From positions 64,001-128,000 of the forward strand of contig CAVPNL010000008.1 of NCBI GenBank assembly GCA_963706575.1: a DNA stretch of 64,000 bases, read 5' to 3'. The notes under the pieces were generated by a model. It was not told where the DNA came from and searched no databases. It worked only from the letters and a program-made list of their open reading frames with translations. A program made the position numbers and the translations under genes. Source of the stretch: an uncultured delta proteobacterium. Its GTDB lineage: Bacteria; Desulfobacterota; Desulfobacteria; Desulfobacterales; JAHEIW01. Of the stretch, positions 13,024 through 28,600 are shown one piece after another (within the stretch, counting starts at the first letter, position 1; each line of letters starts with the position of its first letter).

Positions 13024-13333
13024 TCATTTTTAGAAAATCAAATTTAATTTTACATGATAATCTAAATTTCATATTTATATAATCATGTATAAACGAATAT
13101 TAACTTTACCTTTCAGTTAAACAGAAACCTGTTTTTATCAATAAAATCCTTCCTCGAAAAGCGAACCTTTGAACCCTGAACCTGGAAACTATGGACCCCA
13201 ATCTATTAAATCATTTAATAGCCTCTAAAAACACTTGCCATCCCGGCCTCAGTTTAATGGGCACTTTTGACGATTATTTTCCTTACCCCATGCCCCCCCG
13301 CAAAAATCAATATTTCTAACAATATTTTTAGCT

Positions 13334-13360
13334 TAAGTTAATTTAAGGAAATACCGATAA
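13334..13360 (+). promoter_or_regulatory. Sigma-28-like promoter motif upstream of giant gene 2
   Basis: TAAG-N15-ACCGATAA. Confidence 0.4.
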
Positions 13361-13528
13361 CCAAAACAAGCAGTATTAAAAGAGGTGAATTGCGCCTTTT
13401 TTTGAAGGTGAGCGCTGAAAAAGTCAAGCCCGCTATAAAATAATTTTAAATTTTTGCCGAATAAGGCGGATTTCGCGGCAAAAATAAACCTAAAAATACA
13501 ATAATTACAGCTACTTATGATTGGAGCC

Positions 13529-13544
13529 TGGCATGTATTTTGCA
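13529..13544 (+). promoter_or_regulatory. Sigma-54 (-24/-12) promoter upstream of giant gene 2
   Basis: TGGCATGTATTTTGCA, GG-N10-GC. Confidence 0.75.
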
Positions 13545-13682
13545 GCTAAATATTTAAATTTATTTGAAATATTGTTAGTGGAAGCTTTGCAAGCTGCAAA
13601 TTGGGGGGCGAATGAAGCCAACATCATCAAAAAATGATTCAGAATCCATTTATTAGCAATATCAACCAGCCGCTTTTCAGCA

Positions 13683-16600
13683 GTGCAACGAGCAGTCTGG
13701 ATTTGCCTGATTGCGGCTGTTGCTGTTTTCGGCGCCATGAACCCGGTTCACGCGCTGATCTTTGAAGATGGTTTCGAAAGTGGTGATCTGAGTGCCTGGA
13801 GTGGAAGTAGCACCGAGCCGGGCGATACGATCGCTGCTTCCACCGAACAGGTCAATTCAGGAACCTACTCGGCTAAAGCCGTTGTTGACACCGATGTTGA
13901 TGCCAATCAGGCAATGGTCTGGATAAATTTTACCGGTCAAACCACCGTTTATGCCCGAATATATATCTACGTGCCTTCCAGTTTTTCGACCTCTGACTAT
14001 GTTACTGTGATGCAATTTCTCAATGGCTGGTCCAACATCCTCTCAGCTGCCATTGACGATGACATGACCCTCTATTTATACAATCAAGTGGGTGGCGAAG
14101 CTTACGGATTTGGTGTGGGTTCAACCCTCTCAAAAGATGAGTGGCACTGCCTGGAAATGATGGCGGTTATTTCTCCGACAGTGGGCGAGGCGCGGCTCTG
14201 GTTGGATGGTAACCTGGAAATCGAGGCCACCGGGAAAAATCTGGGGTCAAACACGATTGATAAATTTTCCGCCGGCTATTACTGGGGTGCTCCGTATACC
14301 GAGAGTAATACCTTATACATCGATGATGCTGCCGTGGACACCTCACCAATCGGTACTTTAGGTGAAGCAGCCCCCTGTGATGAATGGTGGGATGACACCT
14401 ATCTCAAGCGCAAGAAGATCACGATTACAGCCGGCACCGAGCAAATCCCCAGTGGCTATTCGGTTTCTGTGACCTTCGACCACGCCGATATGGTCAGCGA
14501 AGGCAGCGCCCAGGCTGGCGGAGATGACGTTCGTGTAGCCTATTGGAACGGCGACCACCTGGACGGAGCTGGACCGCGCCGTGGATCCGCTCTCCTCCTG
14601 GAACGATGCCGCCACCAAGATCTGGTTCAAGAGCCAGGCGGCCATCATGGCGAGTAGCTCTGATGACAGCTACTACATCTACTATGACAATCCCTCGGCC
14701 AGCAATCCCCCCGATGACTGGGCCAACGTCTTTATGGTGGGCGACGATTTCAATGACGGAACGTTGACGAGCGCAATGACAGCCTCGACTGCAGGTACTG
14801 CAAGCATAACCGAGACCGGAGGGGAAGCCTTCATCGATCTGGGAACCGATGAAAACGCCGATGCAGGCATGCTCGTAACGACCAGTGGGTTACCGGGCGA
14901 TAATAAATTTGTAATTCGGCACATGATGAAAGTCGTGAGCGGGGGCGGCGCCAGCAATCCCGAGGCCAAGGGGCTTGGCCTTTATCAGCTGGCTACTCAG
15001 CCCGGAGTGACCACTTCCGGCACCGAAAACTCGCGCCGGCGCATGACGATCTTCCAGCGCGTCGATACCGATGTCATGATCATGTACTTTGACAGCGGGG
15101 GACAGCACTACACCTGGGACGGCTCCACCTGGAATGCGGGTGTGTGGGGCGTGTGGGGATCCACGCTGCCGCTGAACACCTACCACATCTTCGAGCTGAT
15201 CAGCGATGGCACAAACTGGTATCTGCGCATCAGCAATGCCAGCGGTACGGTGTTGACGTCCACCACACCCGTCGCCTGGTCGAACACATTGGATAACAGC
15301 GATCCCTATTGGTTTTACTGGGGGGAGCCGTACACCGACTATTACTACGTTGATCAGCGGAGCGACTGGTTCTACGTGCGCAAATACTCAAGCCAGGAAC
15401 CAATCACCTCAGTGGGCGGGCAGGAGTGTTATCAGGGTTACTGCTACCGTCGTTCGATCACCATCGATGGGGATGAGGTAGGCGGGGCAAGCGGGTATCT
15501 GACCGATTTTCCCGTGCTTGTCAATCTCTCCGACACCTGGCTGAAGACTGCTCCGGACGGCGACATCCAACATGCCAGCGGCTGGGACATTAATTTCAGG
15601 GGGCTCGATAGCACGACCTGTAACGGAACAGCGCCCTGCGATCTGGATTTCGAGATAGAAACCTACGATGGCAGTGCCGGCAAGCTTGTCGCCTGGGTGC
15701 GGGTGCCCCAGGTGTATGCCGGGGACAGCGATCCCGGCAATGACAGCGTCATCTACATGTACTACGGGAGCGGCTGTGTGGCCGACGACCCCCAGAATGC
15801 AACCGCTGTCTGGGATTCGAACTACAAGGCTGTCTTGCACCTTGCCGAAAAGTATGACCTCGACTTTGACGGGGCGGCTTCCTATGTGGATACAGGCTAC
15901 AATACCCACCACACCCAGACCACCATCGAGGCATGGATCTTTCCTGAGACCTTTGGGCAGAGTAGCCTGGGGCGAGTGATTGACAAGCGCGAGGGCGGGG
16001 CTCAGGTCCTCGTCCTATATCTGTGGGATACAGGGCGGCTGGCTTTTGAGAGAATGTTCGATGGTAATGCCGGGATGTGGCAAACCCCGACAGGCACGAT
16101 AACCCTGAATACCTGGCAGCATATTGTCGTGACGTACGATGAGTCCGATCCTGCCAATGACCCCTCCATTTACATAAACGGGCAACTGCAAACCCTTAAT
16201 GAATCCAGTACACCATCAGGGACCGCCTTAACGAACACCGACGATTACATCATTGGTGCTCGGAACTGGGGATCGGGTTGGGACAGATTCTGGGACGGGG
16301 CCATGGATGAGCTGAGGATATATAACAGGATACTCAGTTCTCAGGAGATCAGCGACCGTTACCTCGGTAAGAAAGAACCTTCCAGAGAAGGGCTGGTCAT
16401 CGAGTATTTGATGGACGAGGGTTCCGGCAATACGGTCTCAGACTCCAGCGGCAACGGCCGTGACGGGGACATGACCGGACATGCGGCAGCATGGATCAGG
16501 CCCCGGGCCCATGACTCCACGGCCAACAGCAATTTCGGGAAAAGAAGCGTATCGATGGCGGCCCCGGTGGAGCGCATAAACGGTTGTGACCCATTCGATA

Positions 16601-19600
16601 ATGAAGGGGTCGGGATCCCTGATCCGGGCGGGAGCTGGGAGTTTGCCGATGGCGGGTTGGATGCGGGCACGAGTGATTTTACGATCTCGGCCTGGTTCTA
16701 CTGGTCGTCTTCGATGACTCAGCGGTATCCCACCATTGTGTACAACGGTGGCGGCGGGCCCGCTGAAGCAGGATATTGGTTCAACTTTGACAAGGATACC
16801 AACGGAATAGATGTTCGGGTTTCCAACGGCACGGAAAGGTTTGTCGCAAACTCGAACACCGGTCTCGGTATGGCTGCCGGCGAATGGAATTATGTGACCG
16901 TCGTCTTCGATCGGGAGCCGACCCTTGATACGGCTTATTTCTACCTCAACGGCGATCCGGTAGGATCGGAGTCCGACAATTTGATCGCGGGTGATTCGGC
17001 GTCGAGCACCATACCTACTGTGTGGATCGGCACAAACTCCTTCATAGGCAACCTCGATGAAGTGCGTATCTCCAGTGAGGTGCGGACAGCCGATTGGATT
17101 AAGACGGAATTCAACAACCAGACCTCTCCATCTACCTTTTCCGTGTTAGGCGGCGCAGCACCGATCGGGGTCGTACTTGATGAGCACAATTCCGGCCAAT
17201 TATCAGACCAGTTTGACACTTCGGTCAGCCATGACAATCTGGGCCTGTTCCGCTTTCAACTGGCCAACAACACCGACAGTGCGGTCACGGTAGACCAGAT
17301 CGTCTTCAACCTTTCCGCCATTTCCGGAATTGTGACCAGTGATCTGAGCGATCTTAGAATCTTCGATGGATCTATGGACGTGGCTACCGGCGGTACGCCA
17401 TCCATTGCCGGTGCAACCGGGACCATCACCTTCAGCGGCAATTTTGTTATTGCGGCCAACACAACGGTGAATTACACCTTGCGGGGCGATGCCGGCAATT
17501 TGGACGGAGAAATTGACGACACCCTGACCATCGCTCTGAGTGTCACCGACATTGATCTGCTGTCAGATACCGTAAGCGGCACAGCGCCCACCAACGTTAC
17601 GCATACCACCGACGATCCCACGGAATTCACGATCCAGATCGTCGGCAGTGCCGACGATTCCCATGCGGCTGATAATCTGGACGATGCATCCACTTACATT
17701 GCCTCTACCAATGTGGATATCACGGCGCATATGAACGGCCTGAGTTCGAAATATAACGGTGGTTTCAGATTCAACGGTGTCAACATTCCGCCCGGCGCCA
17801 CCATCGACAGCGCCACATTCTCCGGATATATCTATAATATTGGGAGCGATAACTTATATTGCACGATTTATGGCCATGATGTGGCCAACGCACCCGATTT
17901 TTCAACCAACACATACATCAAAACGACAGGCCAGCGCCCGCGCACCACGGCCAGCGTTACCTGGCAGTCGGACTTCGGTTCCACCGGGTGGAAGGACAAA
18001 GATGTCACCGGGATTGTGCAGGAAATTGTCGATCGGGGCGACTGGAGCAGCGGCAACGCCATTGCCCTGCTGTTCATATCCGATGATCGGGTATCTCCAT
18101 ACCCTGCCATGTTCCGTTCCTACGACGGCGCGGCTGCCGAGGCAGCCACATTAACCATCGATTACACCCCACCCAACATGCTTTATCGCTCGGTGGGCAA
18201 TACGGCCACCGCCCTGGCAAGCGGTACGAGTCCGAGTAACGCATTGACCATTGCGGGATCCACAGCCACCTTTGCCAGCCCCTTGTCTGAAAATGCGATC
18301 GGCGTCGGTGATGCCATTCAGTACGATTCGGATGACGATGGCACCATCGATGCCATTGCCTTTATTCATGGGCGTACGTCGCAATCAGCATATACGGTCA
18401 AGGACAAGGACGGCAATCCGCCGACGCAACCCAGGCCGCAGATACCGACTGGGCAATTTACCGCTGCTTTCTCGAGCTCGATGACTGGCAGGATCATATC
18501 GTCTCAACGGTCAACTCGGGCATTGGGGAGGAGCGCATCGAAGTTGGGGTTGCCTACAAGGACGGGGTCTTTGCGCCAACGGTCGAAACCTGGTTCGATG
18601 ATTATACCACCGACGCCACTCACTACTTGCAGTTGACCGTAGCCCCGGGTCAGCGACACAACGGCACGGCCGGGAGCGGGGTAATCGTTGATGGCGGTAG
18701 TATGCCGGCATCGAGTGGTCACCTGTTCCGTGTCAGGGACCCCTATTTCAGAATGGAGTGGCTGGAGATCAGAAACTACCCGGGTGACACAGCCAACGGA
18801 CAGCCCATCTACCTGGACGAAGTCGACGCCGCGGACAATTTCTTCTCACACCTGATCATTCATGATTACACCAGCACCGCGCGAGGGGGATTCAGCGTTT
18901 ACGAAAACGCCACCGTTCGCAATTGCATCATTTACAACGGTGACGTGGGGGTCCGGACATACAGCAGCGAGGCCGTACTCGTCCCCACCCTAACGCTCGA
19001 GAACGTAACGGTTTACGGGATGACAGCCGACGGTGTGTATCATAGAGCCGGAACGCTCGTTGCCAAGAATACAATTTCTGTGGGCAATGGCGGCCAGGAC
19101 TTTGACCTGGACAGTGGCAATAGCGCCAATGGTGCGCCGGTTGTGGTTGACGGGAGCTCGGGTTACAATCTTTACAGTACGGTGGATGCCGGCGTTCACC
19201 CCGGGAGTAACAACCAGTCCCCGCCTGCAAGCCTGGAAGACCTGTTTGTCTCCATTGTCGCCTCCTCAGAAAATCTGCATCTTGAATCCAGCGGCCACAA
19301 CGCTCTCAATACCGGTGTAAATTTGTCGTGCTTCTTTCACCGACGACATCGACGGCAACACCCGTACGGGAACCTGGGACATCGGAGCGGACGAGGTCGT
19401 TGCAATGGAACTCTACCGCTCGGTGGGCACCACTGCTACCGATCTGAATACCAGCTCGCGCACGGTGGAGATCTCCGGTACCACGGCTACTTTTTCCGGT
19501 TCCATGCCGGACAATGTTGGGGTGGGTGATGTGCTGGTGTACAACAACGGCAGCGCCCAGCTGGCATTTATCCACGGCCGTACTTCCGCTACGGTCTTTA

Positions 19601-22600
19601 CGGTCACAAACAAAGACGGCGGTACACCCGCAGCAGCTTCAGCGGGAACATCGGTGGGTGTTTATCGGGCCTACACCTCGCTAAGCAACTGGGAATCACA
19701 GACCGAAAATGCAAACATCACCGAACCCACCGAAGATGATGTCAACCCTTCAGTGGACCTGACTGCAGCCACCGGCGATAATACCATCATGATGGTGGCC
19801 TGCTACGGCGATGGAGAAGACACGGCTTCTACTTTTATTGATAGCTGGACCACGGGGCCGGACAACTATATCAAGATCTATACGCCGGTTTCTTTGAGCG
19901 AGGTTGGCACGAGCCAGCGGCACAATGGAATCTGGGATACCTCGGCCTACCGCATATCAATGGACGGGACTTATTTCGCTCCGATAGGGATACGGGAGCG
20001 TTACGTCCGTATCGATGGGCTGCAAATAGATAGTAATCTTGAGTATAATAATGAATCGAACGGAATTCATGTCAGTGATGATAATGCTGATGCCGCGGTG
20101 GAGATTCATATTTCCAATTCAATTTTTCGGATGACGAGCGCCCCCCCAACTACCGCGGCATTTGGTATTGGCGCCTTGAATCAGTTTGGTGGAGCGAACA
20201 GCCTTTACGTTGCCAAAGTATGGAATAACATCATCTATGGCTATGCTGTTAGCGGCGGTGGCGGTAACTGTATATACGCTCAAAATAACGGCACCGTTTA
20301 TGCTTACAACAACACGTGTGTCGGCGGCAGTGGGGCTGGAAACGGGATAGCGGCATGGGATAATATAGATTTCTATGCCAAAAATAACATCTCTGTTGAT
20401 TTTACGGATCCATACAAAAATACTTTTCACGCGGACAGTACCAATAATGTCTCCGATATCGGGGATGCACCGGGCAGCAACCCGATCAATGGAGAGCCCA
20501 CTTTTGCCAATAAGGCCGGAAATGATTATCACTTAGACAGCAGTGATACAGTGGCGCAGGGGGCAGGCGCGAACCTCGAGTGGGACGCCATTCTCCCCAT
20601 CACCGACGACATCGACGGGGATGCCCGCCCGACCGGCGCCAATACCTGGGACATCGGTGCGGATGAGTATCCAGTCAATCCGAACTCATCGCCCAGCGCT
20701 CCCACAACGCCTTACTGCGACGATAACACTTCCCAGAGCGGGCAGACGAATCCGAGCGGTATTACCGACCCCACCCCGGCTTTCAGCGCGATTTACAATG
20801 ACCCAGATTCAGGGGACATTGCAAACAAGTACCGGGTGGAAGTCAACACCGCCAGCGATTTTGGCGGCACGGAGATGTGGGATTCGGGCGCCGGCGGCAC
20901 CAGCATGACCAACACCACCGCAGGCGATCGCTGCCCGGATATCACCTATGCGGGCACGGCCCTGGCCAGCGACACCACCTATTACTGGCGCATTACCTTC
21001 TGGGACGATGATGACACAGTAGGTACGGTAAGCGTCACCCAAAATTTTACCACCGGGACGATTCCCACCAGCACCAAAAGCTGGGGTGAAAATAGCAGCA
21101 GTAATGATTATACCAGTGTTACCGAAGACACCTTTATGGACTCGGGCAGCAATGACCAGGAGGAAGGTTCATGTACCGGCAATGATGCCGTTCGAATCGG
21201 CTACAGAACCGATGCCGGCACACGCGCCATGCGGTCTTTGATAAAATTTGACCTTACTCAACTTGGCAACCTCATTTCCAGCACCAGCGATATTGTCTCA
21301 GCGACACTAAATGTAAAGATAGGCCAGAAAAACGGCAATGATATCGATGTGGATGCCTTCCGGGTATTGAAAAGCTGGAGTCAGGGCGACGAATGCCATA
21401 ACGTGGCCGAATCCGGTGAAACCACCTGGCGTTATCAGTCTTACAACGGCACGGAGTGGACATCATGGGGCGCGGATAGTGCCGGTAACGACCGGGCCAG
21501 CAGTGCTGATGATACCACCACAATAACTGCATCAGGCTGGGTTTCTTGGGATGTCACCCAGTCCGTTAAAGATATGGTCGTCGACGGTAACTACGACGGC
21601 TGGGTACTTAAGTCCCAGAGCGAAAGTGGAACCAATTGGTCCGCCTTTTATAGCAGCGAACACAGCACTGAAGCCGACCGGCCCTATCTGGAAATCACGT
21701 ATAACAATGATACAGCCTGCGGCTATGCTTACAAGCGGGCCATCACCATCTGATCACAACGATGTCATCGGCGACAGCGGTGATACGGTGGATCTGATCG
21801 ATTTTCCGGTCGTGATAAAAGAGTCCGGCACCTGGCTCAGAAACAGCGGCTACACCGACGGGCGCATCGAAAATGGGAATGGCTATGACATCATCTTCAA
21901 AGATTCCACCGAAACGCTGACCCTGGCGCACGAAATCGAGTATTATTATGAAGGATCGGAGGCCGCCAATGGAGAACTGGTGGCCTGGGTGAAAATCCCC
22001 ACCCTGGATGCGGATGCCAATACCGTCATTTACATGTACTACGGCAACAGCTGTGTTACGGCAGAAACTCAAGATAAAACCGCGGTGTGGGATACCGCTA
22101 ACGGCTGGCGGGGGGTCTGGCATTTGAAAGAAAGCACCGGGACGCAATGCAATGACAGCACCTCAAATGCCAACAATGGAACACCCAGTTCACCGGAACC
22201 ACCGGAGCAGGTATCAGGAAAGTTCGATGGGAGCCTTTACTTCGATGATGACGGTGATGCCAATGAGCGCAACATTTTGGTTTCGGACGACGACAACAGC
22301 CTCGACCTGCCCTCCGCCATGACAGTCTCTGCCTGGGTGAAGACCGCCGATACGGATCCGGATGTCGGTGTCATCCTGATGAAATGGTCTGACACCGCAT
22401 CACAGAAAAATTACTGGCTCGGCAAACTGAATGACACCAGCATTGCTTTTTATGTGGACGATTCGGAGAATGTGACGGCCTCATTGAGCCTCATCAATGA
22501 TGGAACCGACTTCCACCACGTCGTGGCTGTCGCCGATCCGACCGGCGGCTCCGAAGAGTTGCGGATTTATGTTGATGGTATTGAGAGAAATTTCGTTGTC

Positions 22601-25600
22601 TGGGACGGAACTTCCAGGACCGAGGATGCAGATTTTCGAATTGGAAATAGTACGACGGTCTTGCAGGAATTTGGAGGTACGATTGACGAGGTCCGCGTTT
22701 CCAGCGTCGTGCGCACCGACGGCTGGATTCAAACTTCATTCAATAACCAGGACGATCCCTCTGCTTTTTATGGAATTGGCGGTGAAGGTCCTGTCGGCGG
22801 CACAGCCGACCTTGATCAAATTCACTACCGCTGGCGCGACGATAATGGCGGCGAGACAGGCGGGTTTGATACCGGCACGGGTGTTGATGGATCGGTTACC
22901 ATCGCGACTTCAAAAAATCTCAATACCGATGTGCTTGGATCCCTTCGCTCCACCAACCCTGATGGCATCGCTACTGCAGTTTCTTCATTTGGCAGCGCCA
23001 CCGGCGGCACAACGCTTACAGTAGCATCGGCAAGCGGCTTTGCAGCTGATGATGAAATTTTGCTGATAAATCTTCAGGGGGACGCCACCAACTACGGAAA
23101 TGTCGGCAATTATGAGTTTCTTGAGATCCAGTCCATATCGACCAATACCTTTACGTTTAAGACCGCGATCCAGAAGATATACGGCGCGACGACTTCAAAT
23201 TTAGATTTGACGGGTCAAAAAGTGTTCGTCCAGCGTGTTCCGCAATGGACCGATGTGACCATCGAAGACGGCGGAATCTTAATGTCTGATTACTGGATCG
23301 CTTCAAAAGGCGGTGTCGTCGCTTTTAGAGCCACCGGTGCGGTTACCGTAAATACCAATGGCAGGATCTGGGCTGAAGGTAACGGATACAGGGGAGGGCC
23401 TCAGAACACAGATGCGTCCGTGGACTCGTGGCGCTATAAAGGCGAGGGTTTTATCGGCGGTTTCAGCACTGCAGGATCAGACGGGTCGGCCAACTCAGAA
23501 GGCGGGGGACCGGGCCATTCGGACGGAGATAATGACGTTGGCACGGGTATCGGTGGTGGTGGCGGCGGCGGTTACGGATCGACGGGATCTGACGGAACAA
23601 TTACCCAGGGAACCGGTTTTGAAGGTTTAGGCGGAAGCACCTATGGCGCTCTGGAGCTCACCAAATTATACCTGGGCTCGGCCGGCGGCAGCGGCGGACA
23701 CGATACCGATGCTGCCGGCAGAAACGGCGGGGCTGGCGGCGACGGCGGCGGTATCATTTTTATTGCAGCCGATACCATAATCGTCAACGGTACGATTACC
23801 GGTGACGGTGAAGACGGAAATGCGAGTACCGACGCCGGGTGCGGCGGCGGCGGGGGTAGCGGCGGATCAATCCTTCTTCAGGCGAACACGGCAACATTGG
23901 GCACGAATAAAGTCACCGCTGTCGGGGGTTCCGGGGCAGCTGGATTAAGATCCTGTGATGGCGGCGCTGGCGGGGTCGGGCGCATCCGGGTTGAAGTGGA
24001 TGCCGCCAACCTGTCCGGTACGACCAATCCAACGGCCTCTGAGGCGGACACGCCAGATTCAGGGACGGGTGCCGACTTCCTGGAAGATCAAGACACTCCC
24101 CATACGGGGCTTGACAAATCCACGACGATTCGTCTGAGACTGGAAGTTTCCAATGAAGGCGATGTATTCGCGGATTCTGTTCAATACCGTCTCGAGTATG
24201 CCACATCCACCGGCGGGCCCTGGACAGCGGTGCCCGACACGGCCACAACCGAACACTGGCAGATGTCTGCTTCCGACTATATCAGCGACACCGGAGAAGC
24301 GACGACGGATATTACCGGCGGACTGACCAATGAAAATACCACATTTATGCCCGGAGAGCTCAGAGACAACACCGCCATAACTAACGGCATTACTCTGTCG
24401 GCGATTCAATTCACAGAAATTGAATATTCCATCGAAGCTACCTTCAATGCCACCAATAGCGGGACCTATTACTTCCGTGTAACCAATAGTGGTTCATCGA
24501 CCGACTTTAGCTATTCGGTTTATCCAGAGGTGACACTTAGTTGCGGGTATGCTTACAGACGGGCCATCACCATCGATCACACCAAGGTCATCGGCGACAG
24601 CGGCGATACGGTTGATCAGATCGATTTTCCCGTAGTGATAAATGAATCTGGAACCTGGCTCAGAAACAGCGGCTACAGCGACGGACGCATCGAAAATGTT
24701 AACGGCTATGACATTATCTTCAAAGATGCCACCGAAACAACTACCCTGGCGCACGAAATCGAATATTACAACGCCGGCTCCGAGGCTGCCAACGGGGAGC
24801 TGGTGGCCTGGGTAAGGATCCCCACTCTTGATGCGGATGCAAATACCGTCATTTATATGTATTACGGCAATAGCTGCATTGTAAGCACAACAGAAAATCC
24901 GGCCGGGGTTTGGGCCAATGGGTATGTGGGGGTATGGCATCTTCATGATGATTACAACGACAGTACCTCAAATGCTAATCATATGACTGCTTCTGGAACG
25001 CCGTCTTATACGTCCTCCAAGATTGCCGGCGGCGTCGATTTTGATCAGAGTGGGGCTAACCAGTATCTGAGTCGCACAGACGCCAATTGTGTGGAAATTC
25101 CGGGAAAAAGCGACGGCAGCGGCGCCGATGATTTTACCTTCAGTCTCTGGATGAACCTAGATGATGAAACGACAAGGCATCCGTTTATGTCAAAGCAGTC
25201 ATCTGCCGCCGGGCGCGGTTACGTCTTTTCGAGAGAGGATTCTAACGATACCTATAAAGGGTATATGGAGGTTTACAACTCCAGCTTTGCCCAACACAAT
25301 ATTTATTCAGATTCGCTCAACCAGGACAAATGGTACTACGTGGTGGGAATTTACGATGGTGTCGACGATCTGACGCTCTATATTGCTGACGAAACCGGTT
25401 GGCTAACCAACTCCCCCTGGACTGCAAACCAGCCCAGCCATGGCGCTCCTCGCGACAACACCGCAGATTTTCACATCGGCCGCTATTACTGGGATGCAGG
25501 TAACAATTATCATTTAGACGGAACGCTGGATGAAGCCCGAATTTCCAATACAGTTCGAAGCCAGGGGTGGATTGAGACCGAATACAACAACCAGACCGCT

Positions 25601-28600
25601 CCATCTACTTTTTACGGAATGGGCGGTGAAGGGCCTGTCGGCGGCAACTTTGCACCCACGGCACCAACGACACCTTACAGTAACAATAATACCGCCCAGA
25701 GCGGTGCGACCAACCCGAGCGGGATTACCGATACCACCCCGGCATTCAGCGCCATATACAACGATCCGGATTCAGGAGACATTGCAAACAAGTACCGCGT
25801 GGAGGTCAACACCGCCAGCAATTTTGGCGGCACGGTGATGTGGGATTCGGGCGCATCGGCGGCACGAGCATGGCAAACACCACTGCGGGCAACCGCTGCC
25901 CGGACATCATCTATGCGGGCTCGGCGCTGGAGGATAGCACCACCTATTACTGGCGCATTACTTTCTGGGACGATGAGGGCACCGAAGGGACGGTAAGCGC
26001 CACCCAGAATTTTACCACCGGTGCGATTTCATGCTATGAGCTTTTTGACTACCGCAAGTCAATCACCATTGATCGGAGCAAGATTGCCAACCCGGCCCTG
26101 TTGGCGATCGCCTTTGATGCGGTTTCCAGCGCCGAGACGGTTCCGGCCGGCGGGGCCACCAGCCTGACCTGGTCGCACACCCTCGGCTCCGGACAGGACC
26201 CGATCCTGGTTGTGGGGGTGTCCATTAGAAACAACAGCAGCCAGCAGGTGAGCTCTGTCACCTACAATGGAACCGCTCTGACCAAAATAGACGTCGTGGA
26301 CAACGCCACCTACGTTCGCGCAGAGCTGTGGTATTTGCCAAAGGCGAGCTTGCCGGCTCCGGGGACCTACGATGTTGTGGTCAACATGACGGCGACCGCC
26401 AGGTTTGTTGCCGGCGCGTTTTCTTTGTTCAACGTGGACCCGACCACGCCTCTGGGCACCTTTGCCTCCAATACCGGAAGCGGGAATCCCACCTGGGCCG
26501 CTTCTGTGGATGTTCCCAGCGCGAGCGGCGAGATCGTGGTTGGAACCCTTGCCAAGCAATACGACGATCCGGTCAAGCCGGAGCAGGGTCAGCACCAGGC
26601 TGATCGCTGGAATCACACGACCAACGACGCTTCCGCCAACAACGTGCTGGGAGTCGGGACCCTGAGAGGCGGCGAAGCTCCCAATGCATCACCATACTGG
26701 GCGCTGGGTGGGACGACCAACGGTCAGCAGTGGGCGATCGCCGGGGTGTCGGTCAAACCGACGACAGAAGCTGCGCCCCAGATCACAACCCTCACGGATT
26801 ATCCGCTGCTTTACAGCGTCACCGATTCCGACATGCAAGCGAATGTAATCAACGCCAACGGGTGGGACATTATCTTTCACGCTTCAGATGATACCACCTG
26901 CGGTGGCGCCGGGCTGGCCCCGTGCATCCTGGATCATGAAATCGAAAAATACGATCCGGCTACCGGCAAGCTGGTGGCCTGGGTTCGGCTGCCTTCGGTC
27001 AATGGGGTGGGGGCGACTTCAGATACGGTTATTGATATCTCCTACGGCAACACCTGTATCAGCGCACCGACGGCCAACAAAACCGGGGTGTGGGATTCTA
27101 ATTATATGGAAGTGTGGCACCTTAGCGAAAGCTCCGGCGACGCCAGCGACTCGACTTCCAACGGTTACGTCGCTGCGGTGCAGGCCGACCCGGGGACACC
27201 GACCCATCCGGATGCCAAGATCGGCGGCGGCTACCAATTTGCCGGCGACTCCTGGCTTTTGACCAACGACGGCCAGTTTGCCGTGGCCAACGCACCGCTG
27301 ACCATAGAAGGCTGGTTTCACATCGACAGCGGAACCCCGAGCTGGGTGGGGATCGCCACCAAAAACCGTGATGTGAGCTGCTCCGACAACCCGCCCTATT
27401 GCGACTGGGCCGGGGTCTGGATCGGCGGCTCCGGTGAGCTGACCTACGCGTGGGACTGGCACAACCAGGCCAACATTGAAGGCGGTGCCGCGCTTTCCAC
27501 AGGTACCTGGTACTACGGTGCCATCACCTTCGATGGCGGGATTCGCACCGGCTTTCGAAACGGTCTGCGCGACACCGTCGTGACTTCGCCCAACCCCAGT
27601 CCCGGCACCTATACCGATATGACCATGCCCACCCGCATGAACAAAGACCTGGACGGCGGCGGCATGATGAGCGGCATCATCGACGAGGTGCGCATCTCCA
27701 CCGCAGCGCGCACACCGGGCTGGATCTTAAGCTCCTACAATAACATGAACAACCCGGGCGACATTGGAAGCCCCGGCTTTTATACGGTGGGGCCTCAAAT
27801 CGATGAGAGCTGCAATGACCCATTTGCCTACCGGCGGCTGATCACCATCGATCATAACGAGGTGGGATTGGACAACAATCCGGGCAGCCTTACGAATTTC
27901 CCGGCGCTGGTCAGCCTGTCGGGAAGCTGGTTGCGGACCACTATCGCAGACCCTACCAAGGGACGGATAGAACATTACAAGGGCTGGGACATCGTATTCA
28001 GAGCTTCCGACGAAGTCACCCATCTGGATCATGAGATCGAATACTACGACGGCTCGGCATCCGGCGGTGATGTCACCCGGATTGACAGCTGGAGCACCGG
28101 CACCGGGGATCCCACCGGTCCATACACGGTGCCGGCCGGCAGCAATCGGCTGCTGGTTCTTGTCACCGCCTTAGAGTGCAGCGCCACTCTCCGCACCATT
28201 GACGGGGTAACTTTCGGCACCACGCCCATGACGCGGGCCGAAACAACATACCTGGAAGGATCTCCGGGAAATTACATCAAAGTGGAGATCTGGTACCTGA
28301 AAGATGCCGACATTCCGGCGGGCAGCCAAAGCTTTGACATCAGTTACAGTTCAGCCCCGACAGCTGCACTGCACGCCTGGGCAACATTTGAAAATGTCGA
28401 TCAGATCAACCCGCTGGTGCACAAAAACACAGGCTCCGATGCCAATCCTGTTGAGGCTGCAGTCGATGTAGTCGACGGTGGAATGTCGGTTGCAGGCGTC
28501 ATATGCGGTATTGGGCAACAGATCTTATACCTGGGGAAACGGCTGGTCTGAGACCACGGACGAGGACGATACGCTCCGGGTTGTGTCGACGGCGGAGCAC

